Of a DNA stretch of 64,000 nucleotides, positions 1 through 13,452 are shown piece by piece. Position 1 is the first letter of the stretch, and every line of letters starts with the position of its first letter. The position numbers and the translations under genes were made by a program. Source of the DNA: Lytechinus pictus (lineage: Eukaryota); contig NC_087248.1 of the NCBI RefSeq assembly GCF_037042905.1, positions 16,368,001 through 16,432,000 of the forward strand, read 5' to 3'. The notes below the pieces were generated by a model that was not told the DNA's origin, searched no databases, and saw nothing but the letters and a program-made list of their open reading frames with translations.

Positions 1-2657
1 AAATCGTTGAAATTATTAAAAGTGAAATAAACATGTACAATAACGCTTTGAATTAATGACGAAGTATCATACATGTATACGTAAACAACAACAACTTCAG
101 CAAGAGCAAACGGGAAAATCGGAGACATGCAGGGGGGAGGGCGGGCCGGGGGAGGGAGGGAGAGAGATAAAGAGGGATATAGTTGAGAATTAACGTTCAG
201 TCGATGGTTCAGGTTTCAGGGTAGGGGCGACTCCAGGAATTCTTCGAGATGGGGGGGGGGGTGGTCCTCAGGGGGACGTCATTTTCTATATACTTTCTCC
301 ATCCTGATTCATCAATTTTGAAGAAAAAAATGGGGGGGGGGGGGAGTCGCCCGTGCCCCTTCCCCGTTTCAACGTGATCTTTATCTTGATTATTCTCTGG
401 AAAGATTCTCAGAATCCCGGCCTAAACCATGTCCCTGTCATATCCAGATGGACCCGTTTGTGGTCATCACGGGCCACTATTATTCTTTTGAATTTGAAAT
501 TTCCCTTCTTGTTAAACTTTTGATTGATTTGACTCAAAGCCATTGACCCAAAGCCTTTAAATCTTAATCCGTAGTCCATGCGGATTAAGAAACATCGATC
601 AAAAGTAGCACAAAGGTTTAAGTTTACTCGCTAATTTTTCACGAACTTGAACTACGTGGAAGGTGATCATTATCTAGTCACTTATACCTTAACATGCCAG
701 GCAACTTTTACACGATTTGTAATGTGATCATTTCATGTTTATCATCATCATTGCTTTTGAACGTGAGTATTATGATCGTCGCTATCATCATCGAGATAGA
801 TTGTCTTTAAAAGTGATATTGTATCATTGATGGTAGTTGCGTGTTTTTTTTTTCATATATGGTAACCATGATAAAGAAGAGTAAACGACATGAACGAGAG
901 TGGATTTTCACTATGAGATTATTTTTTCTGCCGAAATATGTTTTATCAGAGGTGGCTATAGTATTGTGTCATCTTCATCTTAATTCTCGTTTCTTTTTTT
1001 AAATCAATATAATTGTTATCATTATTTCATTATTGTTGTTTATTATTTTTATTGCCATTATCATTGTGGTTTTCTTCTTTATTTAAAGAACCAATTAACT
1101 TATTGTTTACTGCCAACCACGGTCGACCCCCAGAGACCGGGGGGGGGGGGGGTACATGCCATTACAAGGAGGGTGCACCTGCCATTACAAGGAGGGTGCA
1201 CCATGTACGTGTTCACCTTGTGATTTTCCGGTACTTTGAGGAATATGAAGTTATTCGTCAGTTTATGATTTACGTTTTTAAATGTTGATGTCACTGGAAT
1301 GGTCAAATAAAAGAATACTTTGAAGTTTTAAAAGCACTTAGAATAATGTTGTTTTTCACGATCGGGCGATGTATATAGTGCAAAGGGTATGAAAATCGCC
1401 TATAGGCCTATCAAGAAAGAGCCATATTTTAAAACAGATTTTGAAGTGCGCATGGTGCGTAAAAGGGTATATAATATATATATATTTCACCATATAATGA
1501 ACACTGGAGATTTGAGGTATTATTTAGCACCCTGAGATCGAGTGATAATTCATTTTGAATGGATACGGGGTGTCCACCTTCAAAGTTACATCATCAATAT
1601 CAGAATTTCGACAACAGTATAAGAATTATAATTGTAAATTGTCATGTTTGTGTAACATTTTACCTCAAAACTATTGATTAATGATGATGGTCCTGACCAA
1701 CAAATTTACCCCAACCTTACTCACGAAACCGGAAGGCTCATGCCAATATTCTAAAACCTAATAAACTTTTGATTTTTAATTATAAAGGTAGGAGTATATT
1801 ATGATGTAGCTTCTTTTTACTGGCTGTTTATTTTGTGGAATACAGGATATTACGCAGTCCAAACAATCTCATCATAACGGTATATGTTCTCTTACGGGAA
1901 AACAAGATAATTCAGAATTTCAGACAGGTGCCATTATGATTTCCGAACATGCCGACTCCGATATCTGTGGAAATCATATTATTTAATTTAGTGTTTCTGA
2001 GCAGACCCGCCAGTCGTGGTATAGTAATAATGTCACGTGTCACGCTACAGTCACATAAACGAAACCGACTCACACCGACAGATGGTATGTCATTCGTATA
2101 TTGTAACAGTTTTGATCGGTCAGGAGATGATTTCGTGGGTGTGACTAGAGCACAAAACTTCGTCATCAACCGCTTTCACGACTGTGAAAATGACGGAAAA
2201 TTAGATTTGCTTTTTCTTGTATTTTTTTACAGAACATAAAAAAAAATCATTATATTTTACAGAATGTTGAGTATATATAAATGAGGGAGCAGACAGAGCT
2301 AAAGCAGCATTATTGTTTTCCATCTGAAAATATATGCCAGTTTTTTTGGATTTTCTTTTCTCTTCTGAATCATTTAGATTTCGCGCCGAAATATTATCGA
2401 ATTTTTATTTAATGTATCCGGTGCATATCAACGATGTAGAGAGGAGCCTGCTTTTTTAAAACATTGATATTGCCTTTGTACTCTGCTTTTATATTTTGGA
2501 CAGGAAAATATCATCATACCATCAGAGACTAAGCTACAACATAGAGGAGAGGAGACACAATCATCTTTAAATGCAGTTTAAAAATCGGGAAACTTTCTAA
2601 CCTGAAGATTTGTCTGGAATTGATTTGCGATTAACAATAAATTTGAACTTAAAGAAG

Positions 2658-5600
2658 ATGAATTCAGATGTATCACCTTCAAGATCGATGAACTCGCAGT
2701 TTTTCATTCTTATCATGATGACGATAAGTCATCCGTTGCCCATTGGAAGCCGAGCCGTGATCGATTGGCCACTCGTAGCCGGTGACCTGACCTCGATGGA
2801 TGTCGATGACCACCGTCAAGTGAGAAGTGTTTCTTCGATACAGAGGTCGATGACAAAAGCAATGTCGAGCACCGAAGCCGAGGAGTCAAGAGAACCGTGG
2901 CAAATAAATCAAAGTAAGGATATTCATTAATAAGATTTTTACTTTTAAAGTCGACATCAGGAGCTATATTTCGGGGAAATAAATCTGGGAGCAAGCCTTC
3001 TCCCCTATACACAGTAAAAAAAAATTATACAACGCTGTTTACTATATGAACCTTACAGTAATATTGTTTAAACAGTTTAAACAACTGTTTAAATCTTAAG
3101 CAACAAAGTTTAATTTTCAATATCTAATTTTCAATAAATTAAACATGATTGTTTAAACGGTTAAACAAATATATACTGTAAGGTTCATATAGTAAACAGC
3201 GTTGTATAAAATCTTAAACAGCGTTTTTACTGTGTACAAAAACGAACAAAATGGAGACCCTATGTTAGCAGTAAACTTTGAAATAGATTTTATTTATAGA
3301 ACTCAAACAGGACAAATCTTTAAAGGAATTAATCAAATGGAAGTTATGTTCACGATTATGTTGAAATATAAATCATCACAATAATTGAATAGTAATATTG
3401 GAGATTTTTACAGAGGACTTGGGATCACCACCCCCCCCCCAAAAAAAAAAAACCCAACATGATTGCGAATTTGCGTCGACGTTCTTTATCTTGGCTATAT
3501 ATTTTTTTCTTGTTTTGAAATCTTAAATTTTCAGAACATAATTTGCTGGTAATTAGTTTGATGTTTTTTTTACTAGGAATTTTTAAATGAGTCTGTGTTT
3601 GCTTGTTTGGTGTTTGACTTAATTGTTCGTTAAAGGCCAAGTCCACCCCCAAAAAATATTGATTTAAATAGATAGCGAAAAATCAAACTAGCATAACATT
3701 GAAAATTTCATCAAAATCGAATGTAAAATAAGAAAGTAATGACATTTTAAAGTTTCACTTATTTCTCACAAAATAGTGATATGTACAACTTAGTGACATG
3801 CAAATGAGACAGTCGATGATGCCATCACTCACTATTTCTTTAGTTTTTATTGTTTGAATTATACAACATTTCATTTTTTTTATACAGATTTGACAATAAG
3901 GACTTGCTTGACTGAACCATATAATATTACACAATGCAAGTTCTACATGTTCAGAGAGGAATTATTCGTTGTTTCACTTGACAATGAGGAGAAAATGAGA
4001 ATATTTCACATTTCATAAAGTAAAATACAAAATAAATAGTGAGTGGATGATGTCATCAGTCTCCTCATTTGCATACCGACCAGGATGTACTTATAACTAT
4101 TTTGTGAAATTAAGCTAAACTTTGAAATGCAATAACTTTCTTATTTTACATCCGATTTTAATGAAATTTTCAGTGTAATGCTTGTTGGATTTTTATATTT
4201 TTATTCAAGTCAACTTTTTGTTGGGGTGGACTTGTCCTTTAAAGAGCCCACCCCGCCCCTTTAATAGAAAAAAATGGATAAGGCTAATGCAATATCACCA
4301 TCAGTACATGAGTCTCGCTACCACACACCGGATGACTAATAGCTTGTTTTCCTTTGATGTAAATTCAATCAATTACTTTATCAAGTTATCAACGTTGGCA
4401 TGATAGACAAACTTTCACATTCGCTATGTTTTCCGCGTAATGGAAGTCACTCGGATAAACCAATTAAACCATGATGCAGACTGCAAAACTTAATTTACAA
4501 TTCATAATTTTGCGACTGTTCTTTCTTGGAATGTCCATCAGATCACTAAAAACTCAATAATCTATTTTATTAAAATTTGATGTTTTGATTATTTTTCCAA
4601 TGTTTTCTTCCAGATATTTGTCCACCGCCCCTTTCACATTTGTGCAATATTCAGCTTCAAACTCGAAATGGTGAAAGTAAGTTGAAACGAAATTCAGTTG
4701 GCATTTACATATATAGGGATTGGATATAAGAATAAGGAAGTTATAGATTTAGATCAATATCTCATGAAGTAGCCCTTTAGGGCATGATATATATGGGCGA
4801 TATATCGATATTGACTTTTTATTATATTACCATCGTTAACTATTTGATATTTGTTACTAACATTTTTGACTCATCGTAGATTCATGAACTTTAGTTATAG
4901 CTATATAGCTAGTTAGATAGAAAGAGAAAAATATTAGAGAGGGAGAGAGCTTGTGAGAGAGTGAGTGAGTGAGAGGGGGAGAGAGGGAGAGAGACACAGA
5001 GAGGGAGGGGGAGAGACAGACATACATACAGAGGGAGAAGGGGGGGTGGGAGGTGGACTGGAGTGGTGGGTGGATGGGATTAGTATTATAAGAAAATAAT
5101 CAATAATACTGACAACGGTGATAACAATATTATTAAGGATGAATGATATTTAACAGAAAACAGAATAAACCCAATGAATAAGTCAGCAAAATAAGAGGAT
5201 TCGTTTCAAGTTCTATCTATCTATCAAGTTCATATTATTTTTTTTACAGCCCAAAGCTCTTTCGTCTCTCCTTTCTTCGAGGGTGACATCATACTGGACT
5301 GGGACCAGAGAAGACAACTGGGACTGGCGAGTATGCGTCAACGGTCGTCTCGATCTCGATCACGTCGTGCTATCATCGAAGGCCGTGATCGTCGATGGCC
5401 GGACGCCATCATACCGTACACAATAGATCCGGATTTCAGTAAGTATATACGGTCCATTTGTGGATAGACATGATAGAGATCTCACTTAAGCCACTTATAG
5501 GCTGAATAGAGATCCCGGGGGTGAGGGAGGGGATGGGAGTGAAGTAAAACCGTTGAATAACGTAGGAAACGTAATGTATATATGAACATGATGAATCGAG

Positions 5601-8600
5601 GCGAAAATTCACAGGCATTTCATTTCGAGGGCAACTGATTAAACATTTAAAAGCAACGAAACTCAGGAACGTCCTGGATTCATTAGATTCTTGCAATAAA
5701 TAGGCAGAATAATATACTAAAGTTAAAGGAGTTTTAAGGCTAGAACGAGGAAGAGAAGAAGAACAAAATATGAAACAAAACGATCAAGAGCAATTAGAAC
5801 AACAATGACAAAAAATAAGATGATAATTTATAATGATGATGATGATGGTGGTGATGATGATGATGATGATGATGATAGATTCTTGTATAGCGCCGGTATC
5901 CGCCACTGCTGGGCACTCATGGGGATGGGGAGGGAGCAGTCATATTCTGTGATGATACAACATGTTTCGGTAAATATACTTTTAAATAATGAAGAAAATA
6001 TTCATACAAGTCATGTCATTCCCCTGACCAGTGGCGTATCTGAGAAACATAGTCAAGATGGGCAACATTTTCCTGACCAATAAGCAGGAAATTTAAAAAA
6101 AGGTCAAAGGTCACCGTCATTTTGGGAAGCACATTTACAAAAAAAAACTGAAAAGGCAACAAAAAAAGTAATTAACAATTATGCAAAAGGATAGGAGGGA
6201 TGCACTTGTTTATCACCCCCCCCCGAGCTCCGGCATGATATCGACCCTTCACCGTTCTTCATTGGGCCCATGAAAACTATATAAATATGATATCATGATA
6301 TATAGTCAGATACTATATACTGTTCCTTTTGTTTACACAGATCATGAAACTGTTCGACTGATCAAATCGGCCCTACGTCACTGGCAGCAGAATACGTGCA
6401 TCAGATTTGTTCAGAGGGAATCATCTCACCAAGATTATCTCAGATTCGCTTATTTTCCAGGGTAAGTAAAAGACCATTGGTACACTGTAAAAACTGTGGT
6501 GTTAAAACTGACACCAGTGGGTGTTGATAGAGGACCACACCCTCTGGTGTTAAAATTACACCCTAGAGATTGAATATAACACAAAAGAGTGTACATGTAA
6601 CAACCAAAGGTGTTGCAATAACACCTATAGGTGCTAAACTAACACTGTAAATTTAACACCGGTGTAAAATCACTGGTGTGGTCCTCTATGTACACCGGTT
6701 AACACCGCAGTATTTGCTGTGTATATTTGTAACGATTTTTTTAACTATATACAGTGCACTTTTTTCTTTTTTGAAGTTTCTCATTTCATGTTATCTTTCT
6801 ACGTGCAATTAATATTTTCCCTGTTATTCTTCTTGTGTTTACATACTTCACCCTCCCCCGTTCTCCCTCTTCTTACTTCGTTTTAAAAGTAGTTCACTGA
6901 ATATACATTTCCCTGTGTACGCTCAATATGTCAATGCGTTTTTGATGAACAAAGCATCTTAAAAATTCATTTTTAAATCCTTGAATATATATACACGAAT
7001 TTGAAATGGAGATCAGATGGATAACATTTTTGTTAAGAACGATGTTCTGAAAACTGATGGATAAAATATTCAACACGTGACATTTTTTTCTAACACTAAG
7101 TTTAAAAAAACCAAACCACTCTTCAGTGTGCGTGGAAATGCCAGTAGTGTAAAGCGTCATCAAAATTAGGGGGCGTATGGTGTTTACGGGAAAAAATCGA
7201 AAGGGAGCGACAATTATGTCCTTTTTATAATAAAAATCTAACTTGTAATAGATTTTACATAATACAAAGAAGCAATGTCATTGCCTTTTTTAATATCATT
7301 TTATCTCATTTAAAAAAATATTTTGCTTCTCGTTTTTCTTGGTCGTGGTATTTTAATTGTCAAGCGCCCCGAGCCTCTATATGTCAGTGTAGACTGCAAT
7401 CGTTATCTAAAAGAAGATTATCTATTTTCTTCCTTATGTTGTAGATGTTGGTCATTCATTGGTCGTCAGGGAGGGGAGCAGTTGATATCCATGGGACCAG
7501 GGTGTAAGGTATTCAGTACTATCGTCCACGAACTCGGACACGCTATCGGATACTGGCATGAACAGGTAGGCATCGGTCAATCGTGCTCCAACTTTCACTG
7601 ATTGTTAAAATGTCTTTGCATATACTATCTCACCTGCAACAACTTCGTTCATGCTCTCCAACTACGTTTGATACATCGTGAGACAACTGGTTATTTCTTC
7701 TACTCAATCCTTCACCACGATGAACCTCTTCCACATCAACTTCGTTCATGTTTGCAATTACCATTAAACTTTTAAAAGAGGGCAATATGACCGTCTTTAA
7801 AGGGGTGCCAACATTGGCGGCATAGGCGGTGATTACAAAATTCGAAAATAAAAAGAGGGCACGTCCCTCATCATCCCGGGATTGTCGCCAATGATCATAT
7901 AGGATTTACTCCAGTGTGGGTGGAAATGCGAGATGGCAACCACCACGTTGGTAGACCTTGGTTGAAAACTTTAGGACATCTCTCTTCACTCTCCTCTCTC
8001 TCTCCCCTCTCTCTAGACCCCTTCTCTCTCCTCTGATCCGGGCATTCCCGTTGTGTCTAAAACTTATCATGTGTCATGATTATGCAGGACTTTCCAACCC
8101 GACACCACTGTCTTTGCTTGCTAGCTCATAGGGGGGGGGGGGGAGGCAGAATAGCGACAATAATGTAAAAAAAAATGTCCGGCATACACGAATGAAAATA
8201 AAAAAGGGAGATGTTCTCAAAATAGACGACACGCACTCTGCCCCCTGATACGCGCCTGCTTTGTCATATTCCATCACGATTCATTTTCAAGTTTTTTGTT
8301 TGTTCGTCTGTAGAGTCGTCAGGATCGAGATCAGTACATCCAGATAGTCCAGCGGAACATTGCCCAAGGAACAGAAGAGAATTTTAACAAGATCGACGTC
8401 GACAACGTTACCTCCCTGGGCTACCCCTACGACTTCGCGTCCGTTATGCATTACTCCGCCAACGCCTTCAGCGCCAATGGAAAGCCAACGATACGGATGA
8501 AGAAGAGATACCGCGAACTCCTCCCCGAGGTCAGAGCAAGCATGAACCGACCTAGCAATGGGCTGAGTGAGCTGGACATTGCCCAGACTAGAGGGTTGTA

Positions 8601-9647
8601 TGGGTGCAATGTTAGAGCAGCCAGGAGACAGAAGAAAGGTATATAAGTTATATTTAATTCAACTATTTTTTGCTAATTTATTTGAATGTTAAAATATGGA
8701 TTTCTGAATATTACACCCACCGTGAATAAATCATACATTCCTTGATAGGAACTATGGTTGTTTCAACCATGGACCTAGTAGGTCCATGTTTCAACTAAAA
8801 GTCACTTAGTGTAACGTTCATTTATCATTATCTTTACAGTCCTTGCCATTGCGGAACGGGTGGGGTGGCGTCATTAAAATTAGCAACTGGCCTTTATTTG
8901 TATTGTGATGAATTGGCTAATGTCCCATATTTTAATGTGTATTAAAATATCAATAAACAAAATCATAACCAGGATAATCCTATAAATCAGCATTATAGAA
9001 TCGGAGGTGGCATTTCAGGGGTCGGGGTCGGGGGGGGGGGGGGCAATCACCCATATGATTTTTTTATAGTGATAAAAATAGAAAAAGGAAGATAAAATTT
9101 TAAAAATAGAAAAGGGAACATATCATTAGAGGTCCTTGTCATGTAATCATATATTACTCCTATAATTCAATTGAGAACAGGGTCCCATAACACAGAGGTT
9201 AGCAATTGATTGTAAGCTTGATTTTTATGATTTATTGTACATTGTAGTCAAAGCTTTGTGTTACGGGTCCCAGATCATATCGGTCATCTCAATTGCCCCA
9301 TCAAAATACTCAAGAGCCACCCCACCCCTACATAAAAGTAAACATTTGATACTATCCATTTTCATTCTTTACCAGAGCCTTGCTTCAATAGCGAAAGCGG
9401 CGACGGACGCGATTACCGCGGGAATGTGGACTTCACCGAGAGCGGCATCACCTGTCAAATATGGACGTCGAAATACCCACACGAACACGACTACGTGTCG
9501 GAGGACGACGCCATCAATGAGAGTATGGGTATTGGACATCATAACTTCTGCCGGAATCCTGGGGGACGCGAGAGACCATGGTGCTTTACCACACTAAAGG
9601 ACACCGTCTGGGAGTATTGTGATATAAAAATATGCCCATCTTCATAA
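2658..9647 (+). CDS. Astacin-family (M12A) zinc metalloprotease with C-terminal kringle domain, ~427 aa, 6 coding exons
   Basis: Exons 2658-2913, 5250-5438, 6341-6461, 7445-7565, 8314-8638 and 9376-9647 all have GT-AG ends, compatible phases and sum to 1284 nt. Motifs read: prodomain FEGDI, furin-type RSRR, mature N-terminus AIIEGRDRRWPDAIIPY, HWQQNTCIRF, GCWSFIG, zinc motif HELGHAIGYWHEQSRQDRD, Met-turn SVMHY and kringle CFN..DGRDYRG..CQIW..HNFCRNP..PWCF..WEYC..C. Exon 1 and the start codon (2658 or 2688) are less certain. Confidence 0.9.
3010..3234. mobile_element. Fold-back CAC(A/T)GTAAAAA MITE with TA TSD
   Basis: TA|CACAGTAAAAA..TATACAACGCTGTTTACTATATGAACCTTACAGTA ... TACTGTAAGGTTCATATAGTAAACAGCGTTGTATA..TTTTTACTGTG|TA. 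Confidence 0.8.
3630..4242. mobile_element. Non-autonomous Kolobok-like element, family A
   Basis: TTAA|AGGCCAAGTCCACCCC ... GGGGTGGACTTGTCCT|TTAA: TIRs, TTAA TSD and AG..CT termini. Related copies at 11438, 48965 and 61063. Confidence 0.8.
6483..6721. mobile_element. CACT-terminal MITE in astacin intron 3
   Basis: TA|CACTGTAAAAACTGTGGTGTTAA ... TTAACACCGCAGTATTTGCTGTG|TA, with internal inverted AGAGGACCACAC / GTGTGGTCCTCT. Confidence 0.75.
9376..9647 (+). CDS. Terminal exon encoding the kringle domain of the astacin gene
   Basis: Acceptor cag at 9373-9375, phase 1. Translation PCFNSESGDGRDYRGNVDFTESGITCQIWTSKYPHEH...HNFCRNPGGRERPWCFTTLKDTVWEYCDIKICPSS* has all six kringle cysteines. Confidence 0.92.
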
Positions 9648-10474
9648 CACATGAATTTAGAGGCTATATATATATGATAGAAATACAAATAAGATAATTG
9701 AACATCACCTGATTTCGTGGTGCGCCAAAGGTACAGATTAACAGCTGTCAAGTTATTGTTTGAAAAACTTTGGCATTCCTGAGATATCCCTGTGATTCTG
9801 TTTGCTTAGATTCCTTTTTTTTTTATTGCCACCACTTCTTTCACCATATCTTCATATAGAACAACATTGTCTTTCTTTCAAATACAAGTTTTTCATATTT
9901 TCTTTCTTTCTTTTTAACTTTTCCTCGGACCATATTATTTCTATCATTCCTCATATTCTCTCCCTTGCTCTCTCTCCAAGCCGTTTATAATTTTTCATGC
10001 CAACTATTTCCCCTTACCTTTCCCTCTCTCTTCTTCCATTTCCTTCAGACCCTATTCTGCCAAATCTTCTCATTCTAGTCTCTCACATTCTCTCTTAACC
10101 TTCCTCCCTCTCATTATCCTCTCTCACTGACTCTCTCCCCTCTCTTTTGTTTTTCTTACAACTTCTCTTGCACTACTCTCTCCCTCTTTCTCAACAAAGT
10201 TAACTTCTTAACTTTCCTGTATCATTAACCCATTTGATATGTTCCTTATTAGCTTTTGCTGCTTCTGTGAAAGACCCTCCCCCCAGAAAAAAGGGGGAAA
10301 AAAAGACAGCATAAAATTACTCTTATTTTAAAAGCTTAACTGTATATTCAATTCAATATGTTATAACATATATTATTTATTTGCACTAGCACCACACATT
10401 AATCTGAAATAAAACATCATTTTGTACATAATTCCATTCTGTCTTGTTGATCTGTTCTTGTATTCACCTCTAAT

Positions 10475-11063
10475 TTAAAGGGGAATCCAACCCAAATAAA
10501 AACTTGTTTTTATAAGAAAAAGAAAAATCAGACAAGTTGATAGGTGAAAGTTTGAACAATATTGGACAAACAACAAGAAAGTTATGATTTTTAAAAACTT
10601 GTAAATATTGGTAATCACTATACCCATGGAGACTTCAAATTGGCCGCATATGGGATGTCATAGTGATGTAAGGCAAGGACTACTCTTCCATGTACTCCAA
10701 TACATATTGTGGCTAAAATGTCATTTTCCCAAAAAAAATTATTTCAAATTATATTTTTCTTTCATCATGAGGACATAAAACAATATACCTGGATTATAAT
10801 TAGATTACTGCCCCAGGGGAATGGGTACAAATCCCTGATAATAAAGTACATGGCCTATGGGAAAGTTGTCCTTGCCCCTTGTCATAATTTACTTACCCAG
10901 TTGCCAATTTGAAATCTACATACTTATTAGTGATCTCAATTTAAAAGCAGCTATAACTTTCTTATCCCTTGTCCGATTTCTTTCAAACTTTCGCCATTCT
11001 ATTTAATTTATTTTTCTCCTTCCCAACACAACATTTTATGGCAAAGGCTGGATTCCCCTTTAA
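10475..11063. mobile_element. Non-autonomous Kolobok-like element, family B
   Basis: TTAA|AGGGGAATCCAACCC ... GGCTGGATTCCCCT|TTAA. Confidence 0.78.
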
Positions 11064-11437
11064 GGCCACAGAGTTTTCCCTTATATGGGCTACTATCACT
11101 AGAATGGTATATGAATCCATAATTCTTTGCTGAGTTCTGATTTACCATCAAATAACTTAATCGAATAATGATGCCATATTAAACGGGAAAGAAAAATAAA
11201 TAAGAAATATGTAACAAACATGAATCAGAACACATGAAATTATCATACAAATGATACCACATCATGGCTTGGACTTTGTAACACGATTAGCGATCAATCG
11301 CTAAATTAACTGACCAGTAAAGATCAATTTCACACACGCATTAGGCTCAAAATACTGACCAGGAACCAATCAGAAGCATTCTTTCATATTCGCTATTCGT
11401 CACTTGTGGTACAGGGCCCAGGCGTATGGTTGAACTC

Positions 11438-12049
11438 TTAAAGGACAAGTCCACCCCAACAAAAAGTTGATTTGAAAAAAAGGAGAAAAATCCAATAAGC
11501 AAAATGCTGAAAATTTCATCAAAATCGGGTGTAAAATAAGAAAGTTATGACATTTTAAAGTTTCGCTTAATTTCACAAAACAGTTATATACACATCCTGG
11601 TCGGTGTGCAAATTGGCAGACTGATGACGTCACCCACTCACTATTTCTTTTGTATTTTATTATATGAAATATGAAATATTCTAATTTTCTCCTCCTTGTC
11701 AAGTGAAACAAAGTTTATTTTCTCCCTGAACATGTGCAATTACCATTATTTTAACAGTTTATGGTTAAGTTAAGTTGGTCCTTATTGTCAAATCTGTAAA
11801 ATTTGAGATATTGTATTATTCAAACAATAAAAAACAAAAGAAATAGTGAGTGATGGACATCATCGACTCTCTCATTTGCATATCGCTGAGTTGCGCATTG
11901 AACTGTTTTGTGAAAAATAAGCGAAACTTAAAAATGTCATAACCTTCTGATTTTACATCCGATTTCGATGAAATTTGCAGCGTTATGTTTGTTTGATTTT
12001 TCTCTATCGATTCAAATCAACAATTTTCTGGGGTGTACTTGACCTTTAA
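11438..12049. mobile_element. Non-autonomous Kolobok-like element, family A (opposite orientation to the 3630 copy)
   Basis: TTAA|AGGACAAGTCCACCCC ... GGGGTGTACTTGACCT|TTAA. Internal sequence is the reverse complement of 3630-4242. Confidence 0.8.
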
Positions 12050-13287
12050 CAATTTCTCACTAAAACTCATCAAGATTTTACAAAGGAAATAAGCATTAGT
12101 TTGGATTATGATTTACGATCTACTTTTCTAGGTGGCAGGAAAAATAAAACAAGATCAACTTTGAGTGCAAAAATTTTGTCTGTGATAGATAATCAAACAA
12201 TAAAAATAGAAATAAAGAAGTATAATTATGACCAAACTTCTAATTTTTATCCATTATGGTAAAAAAGCATGTTGTAATGTGGTTGCAAATGCAGAGTATG
12301 GATAAAATGCTGTGTTGAGTTAGTAGACCTACATGTAAATATAAGGGTTGTTGGTCAAATGCAAGTAAGGATGCCACTTTATAAGCATAACGTTCCTTAT
12401 GAAAGAAATCAATAACCAGATCATCAATGAAAGGATTACTCTTTAGTAGAGCAGGTGCTCTTTGTTCTGTTGTTACCTATTCCTAGAGCTTCTGGCAAAT
12501 TAAGGCCTATTGAGTTGAGTTACAATGTAGTTAATACATAATAAGATGGTGTGGAACATCACCCATATCTCCCCTCTACTGCTTCCAGAGAAAATGCAAT
12601 AAGCTCAGTGCATAACATGTGATCATGGAGTCCGCCTTTGTTGAATTTGGGGGATCACAAAAATCGGTTTGACTAAAAAGAATTTTTTCTTGGAAGTACA
12701 TTATATCACGCTTTACATAATCTGGTACAAATGATTGATTACAATCTGGTAAGGTCAACACATTCAGACTTAATTAAAGCAGATTGATGCCATAATAAAT
12801 GAATAAGACTTTCCTATTTATATGAAAGTGTCTTGGTGTTTGCTATATTTGTTGATATGGACCTCCGCATAGATGAAGCTGTGTCTGGGGGTAAAATCTA
12901 GAATTGTTTTGAATTATGGATTTCATTAGTAGCAGGGGATTTATGGAATTTACCCAGCTGAAATCCACGACTACCATGTGCCTCATGAATATGAAACACA
13001 AGGTTACTTTGAACTCAGCGTGGTTGTAATCTTTTAGGTTTTAGTCCCCTCGTTTAAAAATAGCCAAGGCCTATTGAGTGAGTACATTATCACACATCTT
13101 GGTAGTTGCAGATGTCTCATCATGCACAAACTTAATCATTTTTGATGCACTAGGGTCAATACTTATTACTACATCCCTCAAAAGAAGAAGAACAGTGTTT
13201 GGTCTTCTGGTTGCTTACTAATGCTACAGTCCTAATGGTAGTAAATGGTAGTTATTTTTTAACCCGATTGCTAAGAAAGAATGAATT

Positions 13288-13452
13288 TTTGTAAGTAAGC
13301 AACCAGAGGACTGACATCTTAAGGTCCTCCCCAAGGGACCTGGTAATGAGGAGTAATGCCTTACTAAAGGGTACTTGCGCACCAAGTGGGAATCGAACCT
13401 GGGTCACCAGAGTCCGAAACCCCTGCTCTACCGACTGAGCTATCGTGCCTCC
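13288..13452 (-). mobile_element. tRNA-derived SINE
   Basis: Minus strand reads GGAGGCACGATAGCTCAGTCGGTAGAGC (A box) ... GGTTCGATTCCC (B box), followed by a non-tRNA body. Confidence 0.7.

Noticed and set aside
4614-4676. Possible extra astacin exon (cag...gtaagt)
   Set aside because: Entering in phase 1 gives an open 63-nt frame, so it cannot be excluded as a cassette exon. It has no recognisable motif and the neighbouring exons (2913 and 5250) join cleanly without it, so it is unsupported without RNA data.
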